A stretch of 64,000 nucleotides of DNA from Nageia nagi (Eukaryota; Plantae; Pinophyta): NCBI GenBank assembly GCA_050084985.1, contig JBITNC010000001.1:173414001-173478000 (forward strand), read 5' to 3'. A program made the translations under genes and the position numbers. Numbering within the stretch: position 1 is the stretch's first letter; every line of letters begins with the position of its first letter. Positions 52,115-64,000 of the stretch are shown here, piece by piece. The notes under the pieces were generated by a model that made no database searches, was not told the origin of the DNA, and was given only the letters and a program-made list of their open reading frames with translations.

Positions 52115-55100
52115 TGTAGGATTGAAGATATCAAGTTGTGGGAATCCCAATGAGTCCTAATGTTCCAAGATGGTCATCATACTTGCACCATCTCAAGGAG
52201 GACCCCACACCTAAACGTTGGCTTACTAGGCTTCCAAGAACTCCACATTGGCACTTCAGATTGATTGGTACCCCAAGTTGGCATTACTCGACCTTATGTT
52301 GCTGCATTGGCATTTCGGGATATCATAATGGTGCATTAAGTCACTAGACCCATCTAGATGTCCAACATTAGATTAGAAGGCTTATGAATGAATTCGGGGT
52401 GAATTATTTATTAGAGCTTATAAATACTTGAGGGGAGATCATTTGGATGTTAGTTGAATGATTGATATTACTACTTCTTATCTGTGTGACTATCCAAGCT
52501 TGGCGATGTTGAGTATACTTTCCTAAACAAAGCGTTTAAAGGATAACTGGGTTGAGGGATCCTAGTTGTCTATGGTATAGGTGTAATACCTTACCCATTG
52601 GGTGGACTTTTAGGGTCTATTCCTTCCATTCATTTGGATATCCAGTGTTCGTGAAGAGCCCATTCGATGGGGAGGAGATGTGGGCTAAGCGAGCGGATAT
52701 GTCCCATTGATTTACTTTGATTAGTGTATGTTTGAATTGGCTTGGGAAGCCTATAGTTGCCTATGGGCCATTGTATGAGATTATTTTGCATTCCATATTG
52801 TTAATACATATTTGAGATCTTAAGATCTCATTCTTATTATGTGATTGATGCTCATGTGCATGTGTTAGGATTTAAACCATTTATTTATGTTGATTTTCTA
52901 GTGTATGGTCATTATAATGGTATCCATTAATAATTCATCATTGTATGTATTCATGAGGTGTAGGTACTGAATGATAGTGTATAATGGTTAACATCAGGTG
53001 TGAGGGGCTTCGAATATCCTAGGAACCTAATGTATGGTTTGGGGAGTTATTGGATGTCTTAGAGTCCCAATGTTGGAGCCTAGGAGGTGTGGTTGAGGGT
53101 TTTGGAAACCTTAGTCAATCTATTTATTATATTCGATACAAGTGTTCATTTGGAATACTATAAGTGGTATCAAAGGTTAGATATAGGAAACCTATCTATG
53201 AAACTTAGAATCCATAACTATTATACTAGATCTAGCACCAGAAAGGAGATGGCATCTACTAGGAAGAGTGAAAGATCAACAATTGAAGAAGCATTAGAGA
53301 GGGAGCTATTTGAATATGAGAGGGAGACTCATGAAGTATTAGGAGATAGACAAAGATCTAAGGTAAGATCAAGACCATGGATGGTGGATTTGCATGAGAT
53401 AGAGTCAATTAGGGATGCGAGGGAGGCTCACGAAGTGTTTCAAGAGAGGTTGAGATTCGAAGAGAGGTGAAATGTAACATTAATTCAAGGCTCCACCTTA
53501 GAACAAAGGTTCAAGGAAATGATCTCTACCATTAATAATATGATCAGATCCATGTTTACCATGCAAAGGTAGATTGAGCGATGTTGGGATCATCTTGAGG
53601 CAAAAGGGGGACCATAAGGCCATGAAAGATGAGATTCAAGATGTGTCCAAAGGGATTGAGGTGAAAGGGAAATCCCATAACAAGCTAGTAGAGATGAGGA
53701 GCATCCATGTTGGGGTTGATATGAGAAGGAAAGCTTTTGATAGGCCAAGAATAACCAACATGCACCACATTTGGCTAGAAGAGGTAGGGAGCCCCCACGT
53801 AAGGAACAGGAGGGTCATGAGGATGCATGGGAAGAAGATTAGGAGGATTTGGAGAGAAGTATGAGGAGGTATCAGAGCTTGAGCAATTGGGAGTCCACTC
53901 ATATAGGTTTATTACAGCAATGGAACCAAATTTGATGAGATTTCACTCCTATTGGGTGACCCAAGGTAGTAAACCTTTCTTAAGATGGTACCTAAAGGAG
54001 GATGTGGGTCGAATGGAAGACTAGTTGATCATACCTAGGTCATCAAAGCCTATGTTTGCATAAAGGACCAAGGAGGTGGCCAAAGATAGGGCTCCTAGCC
54101 CTTTAGGGATGAATCGACTATTCAAATAATATTCATAGCTAGATCTGGGGTTGAGGTGAGATATCAACTTCAATGGCTATTTGGAGATGCTAGGGTTGAA
54201 GGGTGAATCTCACATAGACCATGACATATCAATAATGCAAGGTATGAGAGGAGAGATCTCTAGCATCAATTCAATAAGATGTAGATCTTAATGTTCAATG
54301 GTGGGAATATGATAGTTAGGGCATGGTTGTACTAATTACATACATACTTCACTCTAAACCCTAGTATAGTTGAGGAGAATGTAATGCATTTCACATCGGT
54401 ACATTTGGAGGGAGATGTGTTGGAGTGGTGGTGACATGGGATGGTGAGTCAAGGATACTCATTCATCACCACTTTTGATGAGTTTACCATGAGGATGGCA
54501 AAGAGGTTTGATCAAAAGAGGTAGGATGATTACTTTTAGGATCTAACTACATTGAGGTAATCAAGAAGTGTGGATGAGTTTGTAAATGAGTTATAATGGT
54601 TGGTTGGCATGATCCATCATTTGCCTGAGGAGCATCTAGTTTTCATTTTTGTTGAGGGATTAGAGGAGCTGCTTAGAGGGATGGTAAAGGTGTCCTCTCC
54701 AAGGAGCCTAAATAATGTTATTTGAGCATCCTATGATTTGGAGCCCACTATGAAGTCCCTCAAAGGGGGATCTGAATCCAAGGGACTTATTAGCTGAAAG
54801 CCATTTTTAGAAGGTCCTAGCAAGGCCAAGGTAGCACCTTCATCCAAGCTAGAGTAGTTGGATGCAACCACACAAAGATGATTGAGAGAGGAGGGCAAGT
54901 GCTTCTTCTAGAAGAAGCCTTGGAAGCATAAACATCATTTCTTGGGGAAAGGATAAGCACATTATATAAAAGTTCTCTCAAGAGGTGAGTTAGATGATTC
55001 AAATTTGGATATAGGAGCTAATACAGGTAGTACAGGATCACCTAGAGTGGCAAGCACACTTGGAAGCATGATCGCTTTTTTGCATGGGGTGAAGAAGTAT

Positions 55101-55470
55101 TTTATGTTGAAGGTCATTAGGAAAGCAAGAGGCCAATATGTCATGATTTTTATTGATCCAAGTGCTTCACATAACTTCATAGATGATGGCTTTATGGAGA
55201 AGAAGGGGATGAGAACCAAGGCATTTGAGGGGTTCAATGTTTCTAATGCTAATGGAGATCTCACATTGGTGGATCATATTGTGGAGTGATTTGGTGTGAG
55301 ACTACAAAGTTGTGTGGTATGAGAGGACTTTTATTTATACCCACTCAAAGGTTATCCACACATTATCTTGGGTGTGAAGTGGTTGTTCGATCTTGGAGAT
55401 ATCCACATGAACTACCAAAAGCTCACCATGAGCTTTGAGATTGATGGAATTACTCACATGTTGCAAGCAT
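52115..55470 (+). mobile_element. Degenerate Ty3/Gypsy element (LTR ~52115-53162, PBS, gag, protease), interrupted by a CACTA element
   Basis: Met-tRNA PBS TGGTATCAAAG at 53165; gag HLEGDVLEWW (~54400-54430); protease IFIDPSASHNFI and HIILGVKWL. The LTR start is approximate. Confidence 0.8.
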
Positions 55471-55953
55471 TACTACATTTTAGTCATTTTTCATCATTTA
55501 ATGCATCAAAATTTTGCTCTTTGATGCTATGACACTTTAAGTGTCAAAACATTTTTTGTATTTTTGACTCCCTTATCGACGCATTACATGACAAATTACA
55601 TGATGCATTACCTGACACATAGGTTAATGAATTTTTCTATGTATTTTTTGATGCTTTAAGTGATGCATTACTTGACTCTTTAATTGATGTTTAATTATGA
55701 AAATCTTGACCAACATAAGCATGTATATACATTTTCACATTTTGAATGATTACATATATATGGATTAATTGATTGAACATCTTAAACATGAAAATACATG
55801 TAATATATTAATGAGTAATTGATTGGAAGTAATTTAAAAATTACAAAACATTCAAAAAAATAGTATAATTCAAATTCATATGCAAGTCAACCTCAAACCA
55901 CCAAAGATATCAACATATATAATGTTTAATTACTCAAATGTACATGTAATATG

Positions 55954-58900
55954 TTAATCACCATTATTATCTTTTTTATCAAGAATACATACAACATGTT
56001 TCCCTCTTATATCACAATCAATTACAAACATCTTTTCATCTAGTACATTTGGACCAAAAAATATTTGACTATAATGTTGTGGTAAAACATATGGCTCTTT
56101 TTCTTGAGGTAAATATCGTGTAGAGTCGATTGCATAATAACCACTAGGTATGTCATGCAATATTGATCTTATATTTACAAATCCTTCAAACCATTTACAT
56201 TTGAATACTACACATTTGAATGATCGTATCATTTCTTGAATTTTCCTAACATATTATATTTTTCCTTCTATCAAGTTTGTATCTTTTGTACTTGCATGAC
56301 TTGCTTAATCAAAATCAACCATCACTCCACTATCAAAGGTCATTCTATTAATATCTTTCTTTTCAATTCTAAAGTGTTGACTATATGCCCACGTTGTAGA
56401 AAAATATAATGTCTACATACATTTTTATGTAAATGTTATATTGGTGTAAGTATTATATCTATATTATAAAAAAAAATTAAATTTAGGTCCATAAGAATTA
56501 ATGAATAATTACCTCATAATTACATCCATCAGTTATATTTAAAGCATCTTTGTATATTTTTTTTCTGCACCTTTAGTTAATTTCTTTTCAATTGCTTACT
56601 TTTTTCATGATCTTGGACACTCTTTTGGCCAATTCTCATCTCTTAAATGTGGAGGTATAGGTGTACTCCTTGGATGTCCACTATGGAACAAAATACATTG
56701 TGCTGGAATTTCACTTCTTTTATTTTCATACATTTTAATCCATTCTTTACAACTCTCCATATTCATCATGGTAAAATGGTTTATAAACTCATATATGTCA
56801 CAATCTATAATTTTTTTGAATACATAAAATGAACTTGTTAGTAATTATTGATTAAATTAAATCAAAATTACATGTACATAGTACTTATTATAAATTACTA
56901 TTATCTAAAATGTAGTTATAAGTGCCTTTATTAAGAGCATATGATCTCCTCTTTGTTTCTAAAACCTCCCCTTCTAATTTACCATTGTCTTTGTCTGCTT
57001 GTAACCATATCGTTGGATCTTAATCATGAATTTGAGATAGAAACTCACTTACATAAAAAAAATACTATTGCACAATATATCCTTCACACTTAGATCCTTC
57101 TGGTCTTGAATTTTTTCTAACAAATCTTTTAAGTACTTTCAAAAATGTTTCTACAAAAAATATGCTTCTAGTACTTATAACACCTGCTATTTCAATATCA
57201 TCTACTAGGTGGATCAATAGATGAACTTGTATATCCATAAAAGCAGTAGGCATTTCTTTTCCAAATTTATAGATAATTTTCACAATTTCTCTTCACCATT
57301 TAAGGATTTCATTGACATATATTTCCTTTTAAGTCAACCACCTAGTTATGAAAATATAATTAATATCATAAGATGTATTTAAATTATATTGAAATCTACA
57401 AACAACAATAAATGCACTATATATTTTAAGGGAATAGTATCGTAAATAGCATCAAATAGCTTAGACATAATGATATTCAACCAATTATGTATCTTAAATC
57501 AATAGATAAAATCATACATCAACAAATTGCAAGTGAAAAATTAATCTATAGAAAAATTTATATTAATCAAAATATAGATGAATAAAATATATATAAATAC
57601 AAATGTATTTAAGGTTTTTGATATGCATATAATATGAGCATACCTTCAATAAGTTGTGATAATCATGAGACTTAAATCCTATCATTTTTCCATCAATTGT
57701 GAACATTTTTCTTAGAGATGATGCATATCCCATTGAAATTTTAATGGCTCTAACAAGATTGTGTAGAATGTTCACTTCATATTTGGTCATAAGCCATGAG
57801 GCTAGAATAGGTGCATTTGTTGTTCCATTTGCATTTTTTGTTACCTAAAAGGTACATTTTATTTTGGTAGCCTTTAAAACCATATCTTAGTTGAATACTA
57901 TTTGATTTTTTGCTTGTTGTATACTGGTATAAAGAAGATGCAACATTCTTTACAATATGCATATGATCCCATAATTATGTCACTAATAAATCATTCTAGT
58001 ATTCTAGATTATAAATATGGACAATTTGTTTATACTTTAAACTATATGCAAATGTAAACATTTAATTGATAAAATAATTGAATTAATGACATGTTAAAAA
58101 GAATGTTTGATATAGTATTTTATTAAATTTTACCTTGAGGTAAGTCATCTTTTTTAACAATAACATCCTCTAGGTCTTTAGCAATACCTTCCTTAAATGC
58201 TTTTATCCAACAAGGTTCTTCACTTTCTTGGTACTTTTTTCAATCAATCCTTAGGAGATGCTTATTTGGAATTTTTGATGTGATCAATTTGACCATTAAA
58301 GTGTGATTTCATATTTCAAAAATTATGATCTGATGGTAAATATTTTCTATGGCCAAAGTATTCCATCTTCTGCAAGTGTTTTGAATATCTTGTTGTAAGA
58401 TTTTTTGCACACTAGGGATAAGCATTATAACCTTTTGTATGCAAGCCTACAATACATTTTTATTAGAGAATAACTACTATATCTAATTTTAAGAAATTAA
58501 ATATTTTAATATAAATGTAAATGTAATAGAAATTATATATACATACCTAAATAAACACGAAGACCTGGATAATCATGTATAGTCCAACATAATATACCAT
58601 ACAATGTGAATGATCTTTGTTGGATGGGTCTACTTATGTCAATCACATTCTAAATTCCATTCCATAATTGCATTAGTTCATCAATTAATGGTTCAAGGTA
58701 GATATCCATATTTTTCACCTAATTTGGTTTAGGAACTAAAAGAATTAACATTAAATATTCCTTTTTCAAGGAAATCCATGAAGGTATGTTATAATTTACA
58801 ATAACAATGGGCCACACTAAATAATTAGATGATTGTATGGAATATGAATTGGCACCATCAATTGCTAAACCCAACCTACGACTTCTAGGTTCATCCTAAA

Positions 58901-59790
58901 ATTTATTGGGCCACATATTTTCGACATGTTTCATTGCTTTGGAATCTTCAAAAATGCATAATACACAATCTTCAATTATATTTTTTGCATTCCAATCCAT
59001 ATATTGTACAAGTGAATCATACTTATACATTCTAATGAATCTATTGATAATTGAAAGATGGTGAACAACCTTCAAAGGAACATTTTTTCTTGTAGTTCCT
59101 AGATAATATCTATTTGCACCACACTTTGGACATACAGTCAATTTTTCATATCACCCTTTACATAATATGTAATCAATAACACAAGCATGGTATGAAACAC
59201 ATCTACATCCTTAAAAAATTTTCATGCTTTTCTACATAAAGAAGGGATGACATTGTCACTTGGAAGCAATTTTTCATTTAGTAACCTATAATACAAATAA
59301 AACCATAAAATTATTATGTATATAATAAACAAAGTTTGAAAAATATTCAATAAATTTATAAAAATATAAAAATAATTACATACTTCAGAAGATCATTGAC
59401 ACTTGTATTTGACCATCCATTTTTGGCCTTTATATTCATGATGAGTAGGAGTGCTTCTAACTTGGAAATAGATGCTCCATTATATAAAGGTGTTTTGCAA
59501 GTAGCATACATGTTATTATTTTCTAAATCACCTCCTCTTCCATCATCATGTGCATGAGGATTATCATTCATGTCTATATTTGTATCATCTTCATGTGTAT
59601 AGATTGATTGAAATAAATTATGCATTGCATTCTATTATTGATCATGAGCATTATAATGTCTTTCATCATTTTCACTATCTTAATTCATGATTTGAATAGA
59701 AGCCATTGGATTTGGATTTGTAATGAATTCTACATATGCATCCCTAGTTAATATATTCTTTAGTTGCTTCTTTTTTTCCAATGAATATTT
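55954..59790 (-). pseudogene. CACTA TnpD-like transposase (Transposase_21, DUF4218, DUF4216), multi-exon and decayed
   Basis: TPLYNGA..NGWSN, CPKCGANRY, RLGLAIDG, DIYLEPLIDELMQLWNG, WTIHDYPG, MHIVKNV, GFKSHDYH, FMDIQVHLLIHL, RPEGS, FKCKWF..EPYVLPQ. Confidence 0.9.
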
Positions 59791-60119
59791 TTCAATGTAA
59801 GGTTGGTGTATAAGATATTGTATTTGACTCATCTTCTGTATCTATTGCAATATGATGTGTCTATGAAATTTGTTACTACAAATAATTAATATAATTAAAA
59901 AATAACTTTAAAAAGTACATAAGTTTAAGTAAAAATTGCATAAAAAACATGAGTATAAGTAAAAATATATCAATAATTCCAATAATTAATATCTTCAACA
60001 AATAACATCCCTTAAGGATCTTCAACAAAATAGCAAATAACATAGGCTAAATTCATGATTGCATGTCGTATTACAAATATTATTCAATTTCTACTACAAT
60101 CTCATTTTTATTTATGCTT

Positions 60120-61710
60120 TTATCCTATTTTAATAAATACATTTGGATCTTCAGAATCCATATGTCTCTTACATGTTGGAATATGTTTATTGATGTTGTA
60201 ATGCACTAAGATCTCATCACTAGAGTTAAGAGTTACAATAGGAGCCACACTTACAATACTTTTCAATTTTCTAGGCATAAAGTCATATTTATCATTTGCA
60301 TATTCCATAAAATCATATTTTACTAGATTTTCTATGCCTTTGGAGTTGTTTATATATCTTGCAATGTTTCAATGTATCTTTGGTCGACCATCAATGTACA
60401 TATGTTTTACATCTTTTATTTGTGATGTTGCATTTACACACATACCATATTTATCCATACTAAAGACATATGATGTTATTATCCTCCAGTCCATAATATT
60501 GTAGATTGGCCCATAAAATGGCATCAATGTTTCTTTTTTAGTGAATGGACAAACTCGTACATTTGTTAATATAAATAAACCCATGCTTGCATTAGGTATA
60601 TTAGAAGGTTTAATCATATATGAATGACCACAATAAGTGAATTATTCATAAGATTTGGAAAAGGTCTTCTGATTGACCATGCAGCATATGCCTTGCTATC
60701 ATAGGTAGACTTGTATAAATGTAAAACATTATGTGTTAAATGCAAATTACCAACACTCTCATCTGATAGCTTGATTGGCTCAACATTTGGTGGTTGTAAT
60801 CAATGAAATCATCCTTAATTTTTTTATTTTTGTACATTATTTTTCTCTAACTTCATATAATGAATCTACATATTTTGGCATTCTAACCTTAGCATTCTCT
60901 TTTAGATGTTCAAACATCTAGTAGGTATAACTAGACCAATGGGATATTTCTTAACCGTTGGAGGTCATGCTCCCTCTATATTAGGTAGACCATCATTTTC
61001 ATAATAATGTATTTCTACATATCCCCTTTGATGTTTTTACTAACCCTTACATCTTAAACAACCACATACAATAAGTGCTCTATAATAAAGAGTGATAGGG
61101 TCACTAAATCCTTCTATCACATTTTCATTCATTTGTTCAATTCCTAGAAATGCACATCCTATTAGGTACAACTCTATGGCTACTTTATCTATTCTAATTG
61201 ATGACTTAATTGAGGTTAATAAAAATTTTCATCAAGCATAATATAAACATCAAAAAAATAAGAAAATCCTTTATGAAAAAATTGAAAATTAGATTAAATA
61301 GTCATGCATGCTAATTAATTACTTCATGATCATCATCATCCTCTGAATATGAAGATTGAAGATGATCCTATAACATTATCGATGATATTAACTAATTAAT
61401 AAATGCATATAATTTCATAAAAGTGAAAATTTAATTAATTTTAAATTTCTACTTATCTAATAAAATTTGAGTATACATTCATAATATATACCTCGTTTTC
61501 ATATGAAGATATGTTTGTTCTCCTAGGATGAATGTTTGGTGCTATTTGATTTTCATCGTCTGATGATGAAATATCTATCTTCCTCTCATGAATTAATGGT
61601 GTTATAGGATCATCTTCATATGAGAGATCATCAACCCTTCTAGCCCTTGACAAATTAGTCACCAAGCCAATGATGATGTCGCTAATAATGCCACTAACAT
61701 ACTTCAACAT
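60120..61710 (-). pseudogene. Decayed SET-domain (protein lysine methyltransferase-like) gene, apparently inside the CACTA element; SET domain at ~60140-60620
   Basis: ORFs 60369..60617 and 60120..60308 are in one frame, separated by a single TGA. Read-through gives IKPSNIPNASMGLF..FYGPIY..YIDGRPKIH*NIARYINNS..IVSVAPIVTLNSSDEILVHY, i.e. the SET motifs GxGLF, YxG, RF/YINHS and EIxxxY in the correct order. The upstream extent (to 61710) is tentative. Confidence 0.7.
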
Positions 61711-61725
61711 TGAGCAATATAATTA

Positions 61726-62767
61726 GAAATCAAGGTTGTAAAAAATAAGGATTCAAAAAAATTAAGATTGTAAAAAATCAAGGTTGTGAAAAATTAGGGT
61801 TGTAAAAAATCAAGGTTATAAAAATCAAGATTTTAAAAAATTAGGGTTGTAAAAAATTAAGGTTTAAAAAAATTATGATTGTAAAAATTAGGGTTATATA
61901 AAATTAGGGTTGTAAATAATTAGGGTTGCAAGGTTTTAAAAATCAAGGTTGTAAAAAATTAGGGTTGTAAAAAATAAGGGTTGTAAAAATTAGGGTCGTA
62001 ACAAATCAAGGTTGTAAAAAATTAAGGTTTTAAAAAATTAGGGGGTTGTAAAAAATTAAGGTTGTAAAAAATTAGGATTATAAAAATTAGGGTTGTAAAA
62101 AATTAGAGTTTTAAAAAATTAGGGTTGTAATAAATTAGAGTTTTAAAAAATTAAGGTTGAAAAAATTAGGGTTGTAAAAAATTAGAGTTGTAAAAAATTA
62201 GGGTTTTAAAAAACTAGGGTTGTAAAAAGTCAGGGTTGTCAATATTCAAGGTTGTAAAAAATTAAGGTTGTACAAAATTAGGGTTGTAAAAATTAGGGTT
62301 GTTAATAATTAGGGTTGTAAAAAATTAGGGTTATAAAAATTAGAGTTATAAAAATTAAGGTTGTAAGAAGTTAAATTTTTAAAAAAATTAGGGTTTAGGG
62401 TTGTAAAAAAATAGAGTTTTAAAAAATTAGGGCTATAAAAAATTACGATTGTAAAAAAATCATGGCTGTAAAAAATTAGGATTTTTAAAAATTAAGGTTG
62501 TAAAAAATTAAGGATTTAAAAAATTAAGGTTGTACAAAATTAGGGTTGTAAAAATTAGGGTTATAAATAATTAAGGTTGTAAAAAATTAGGGTTGTAAAA
62601 ATCAAGGTTGTAAAAAAATAGAGTTTTAAAAAATTAGGGTTATAAAAATTAGGTTTGTAAAAAATTATAGTTATAAAAAATTAGGGTTGTACAAAATCAA
62701 GGTTTTAAAAAATTAGGGTTGTACAAAATTAAGGTTGTAAATAATTAGGGTTGTAAAAATCAAGGTT
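61726..62767 (+). repeat. Minisatellite of 15-16-bp units, consensus AAAAAATTAGGGTTGT
   Basis: Dozens of tandem variants of TTAGGGTTGTAAAAAA / TTAAGGTTGT / TCAAGGTTGT. Confidence 0.95.
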
Positions 62768-63535
62768 TATCATGTAAGGTTTAGGGTTATTGATGTAGGG
62801 TTTACAATTTAGGGTTTAGGGTTTATGATGCAAGGTTTAGGGTTTAGGGTTTATAGTTTATGATGAAGGGTTTAGGGTTTAAGATGTAAGGTTTAGAGTT
62901 TATAATGGAGGGTTTAGAGTTTAAGGTTTAGGGTTTATGATGAAGGGTTTAGGGTTCAGGATGTAGGGTTTATGATGAAGGGTCTAAGGTCTAAGATGTA
63001 GGGTTTATGATGCATGGTTTAGGGTTTATGATGCAAGGTTTAGGTTTAGGTTTTAAGGTTTAGGGTTTAGGATGTAGCATTTAGGATGTAGGGGTTATAA
63101 TGAAGGATTTATGATGCAAGGTTTAGGGTTTATGATGTAGAGTTTAGGATTTATGATGTAGGGTTTAAAGTTTATGATGAAGGTTTTAGGGTTTAAGATT
63201 TGTGATGTAGGGTTTATGATGAATGGTTTAGGGTTTAGGGTCTAGGATGTAAGGTTTAAGGTTTAGGATGTAGGGTTTAGGGTTTATGGTTTATTATGAA
63301 GGATTTATGGTTTAGTATGTAGGGTTTAGGGTTTATGATGTAGGGTTTAGGGTTTACGATGTAAGGTTTAGGGTTTACAATGTAGGGTTTAGGATTTTTG
63401 ATGTAGGGTTTATGATGAAGGGTTTATGATGTAGGGTTTAGGGTTTATGATGTAGGGTTTAGGGTTTATAATGTACGATTTAGGGTTTAGGATGTAAGGT
63501 TTAAGGTTTATGATGAAGGGTTGAGGATTTAAGAT
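62768..63535 (+). repeat. Interstitial telomere-like array: TTTAGGG mixed with TTTATGA and TGTAGGG heptamers
   Basis: Runs such as TTTAGGGTTTAGGGTTTATGATGTAGGG; ordinary sequence resumes after ~63540. Confidence 0.93.
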
Positions 63536-64000
63536 TTGAACAACCTATATGTCTACTTAAGAAAATATAATATTTATCTTTTTTACAACTTTACAAATAT
63601 ACATCAAACAATCTATGTGCCTAATTACTTTATCATGCAATTCAATATGGTTATCATTTTTACAACTTCACAAATTGATTAAATCATATTAATATGAGCG
63701 ATGTGAAGATTATAGTTAAAGTTTTTAATTTTCCTATAATGTATACTATTTAAGTGTTAAAATAAGGTAGGCTAGTAAAACTATAAGTTTGGTTTACCAT
63801 ATCTTACCAATGAGTCACATAATGGTATATTGAAGTGGTTAGTACAACTCTACCTCCACTATTAATAATATAACCCTTGCCTAACTAATGCAGGCTTCAG
63901 TCTCAATATGGTAGTTAAAAAGGCTTCCTAGGGTTAAGTCTCGTCATGGTGACTAAATGTGTCCCCATTTTGCAATGAGGCATCGAGAATGTAATCGGGT

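Larger units (their letters stand above)
55471..63535 (-). mobile_element. CACTA (En/Spm) DNA transposon, degenerate; distal end not identified and may lie beyond the window
   Basis: TACTACA (CACTAC variant) at 55471, exactly where the Gypsy reading stops, followed by TGATGCATTAC-type subterminal repeats (55575-55680); CACTA transposase exons lie inside. Confidence 0.75.

Noticed and set aside
61726-62767. CRISPR-like array
   Set aside because: No unique spacers, eukaryotic context and no cas genes; it is a tandem minisatellite.
62768-63535. True chromosome end
   Set aside because: The repeats are degenerate and ~460 bp of non-repetitive sequence follows, so the array is interstitial.

Overview
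AT-rich, CpG-depleted, transposon-dense plant nuclear DNA; the style of the decayed retroelements and the PPR relic suggest a large-genome seed plant such as a gymnosperm (inference). One intact host gene is present: a 3-exon UBP22/USP22/Ubp8-type ubiquitin-specific protease on the - strand (19810-22622). The most striking structure is a 7.9-kb near-perfect palindrome (4117-12004) made of two head-to-head copies of a young hAT transposon. The right copy is complete and encodes an apparently intact 776-aa, 5-exon transposase. The left copy lacks the 5' terminal ~23 bp, and no target-site duplication is visible. This is the architecture of 'killer' hairpin loci such as maize Mu killer. The rest is a nest of decayed elements: a Gypsy remnant, an L1-type LINE with an extra 3' ORF, a Tat/Ogre Gypsy, a Copia with a solo LTR nested in its 3' LTR, a PPR gene relic, a second Gypsy, and a CACTA element. 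Upstream of the CACTA transposase lie a decayed SET-domain (lysine methyltransferase-like) gene and ~1.8 kb of telomere-like TTAGGG/TTTAGGG arrays. All alignments and translations beyond the supplied ORF track were done by eye.
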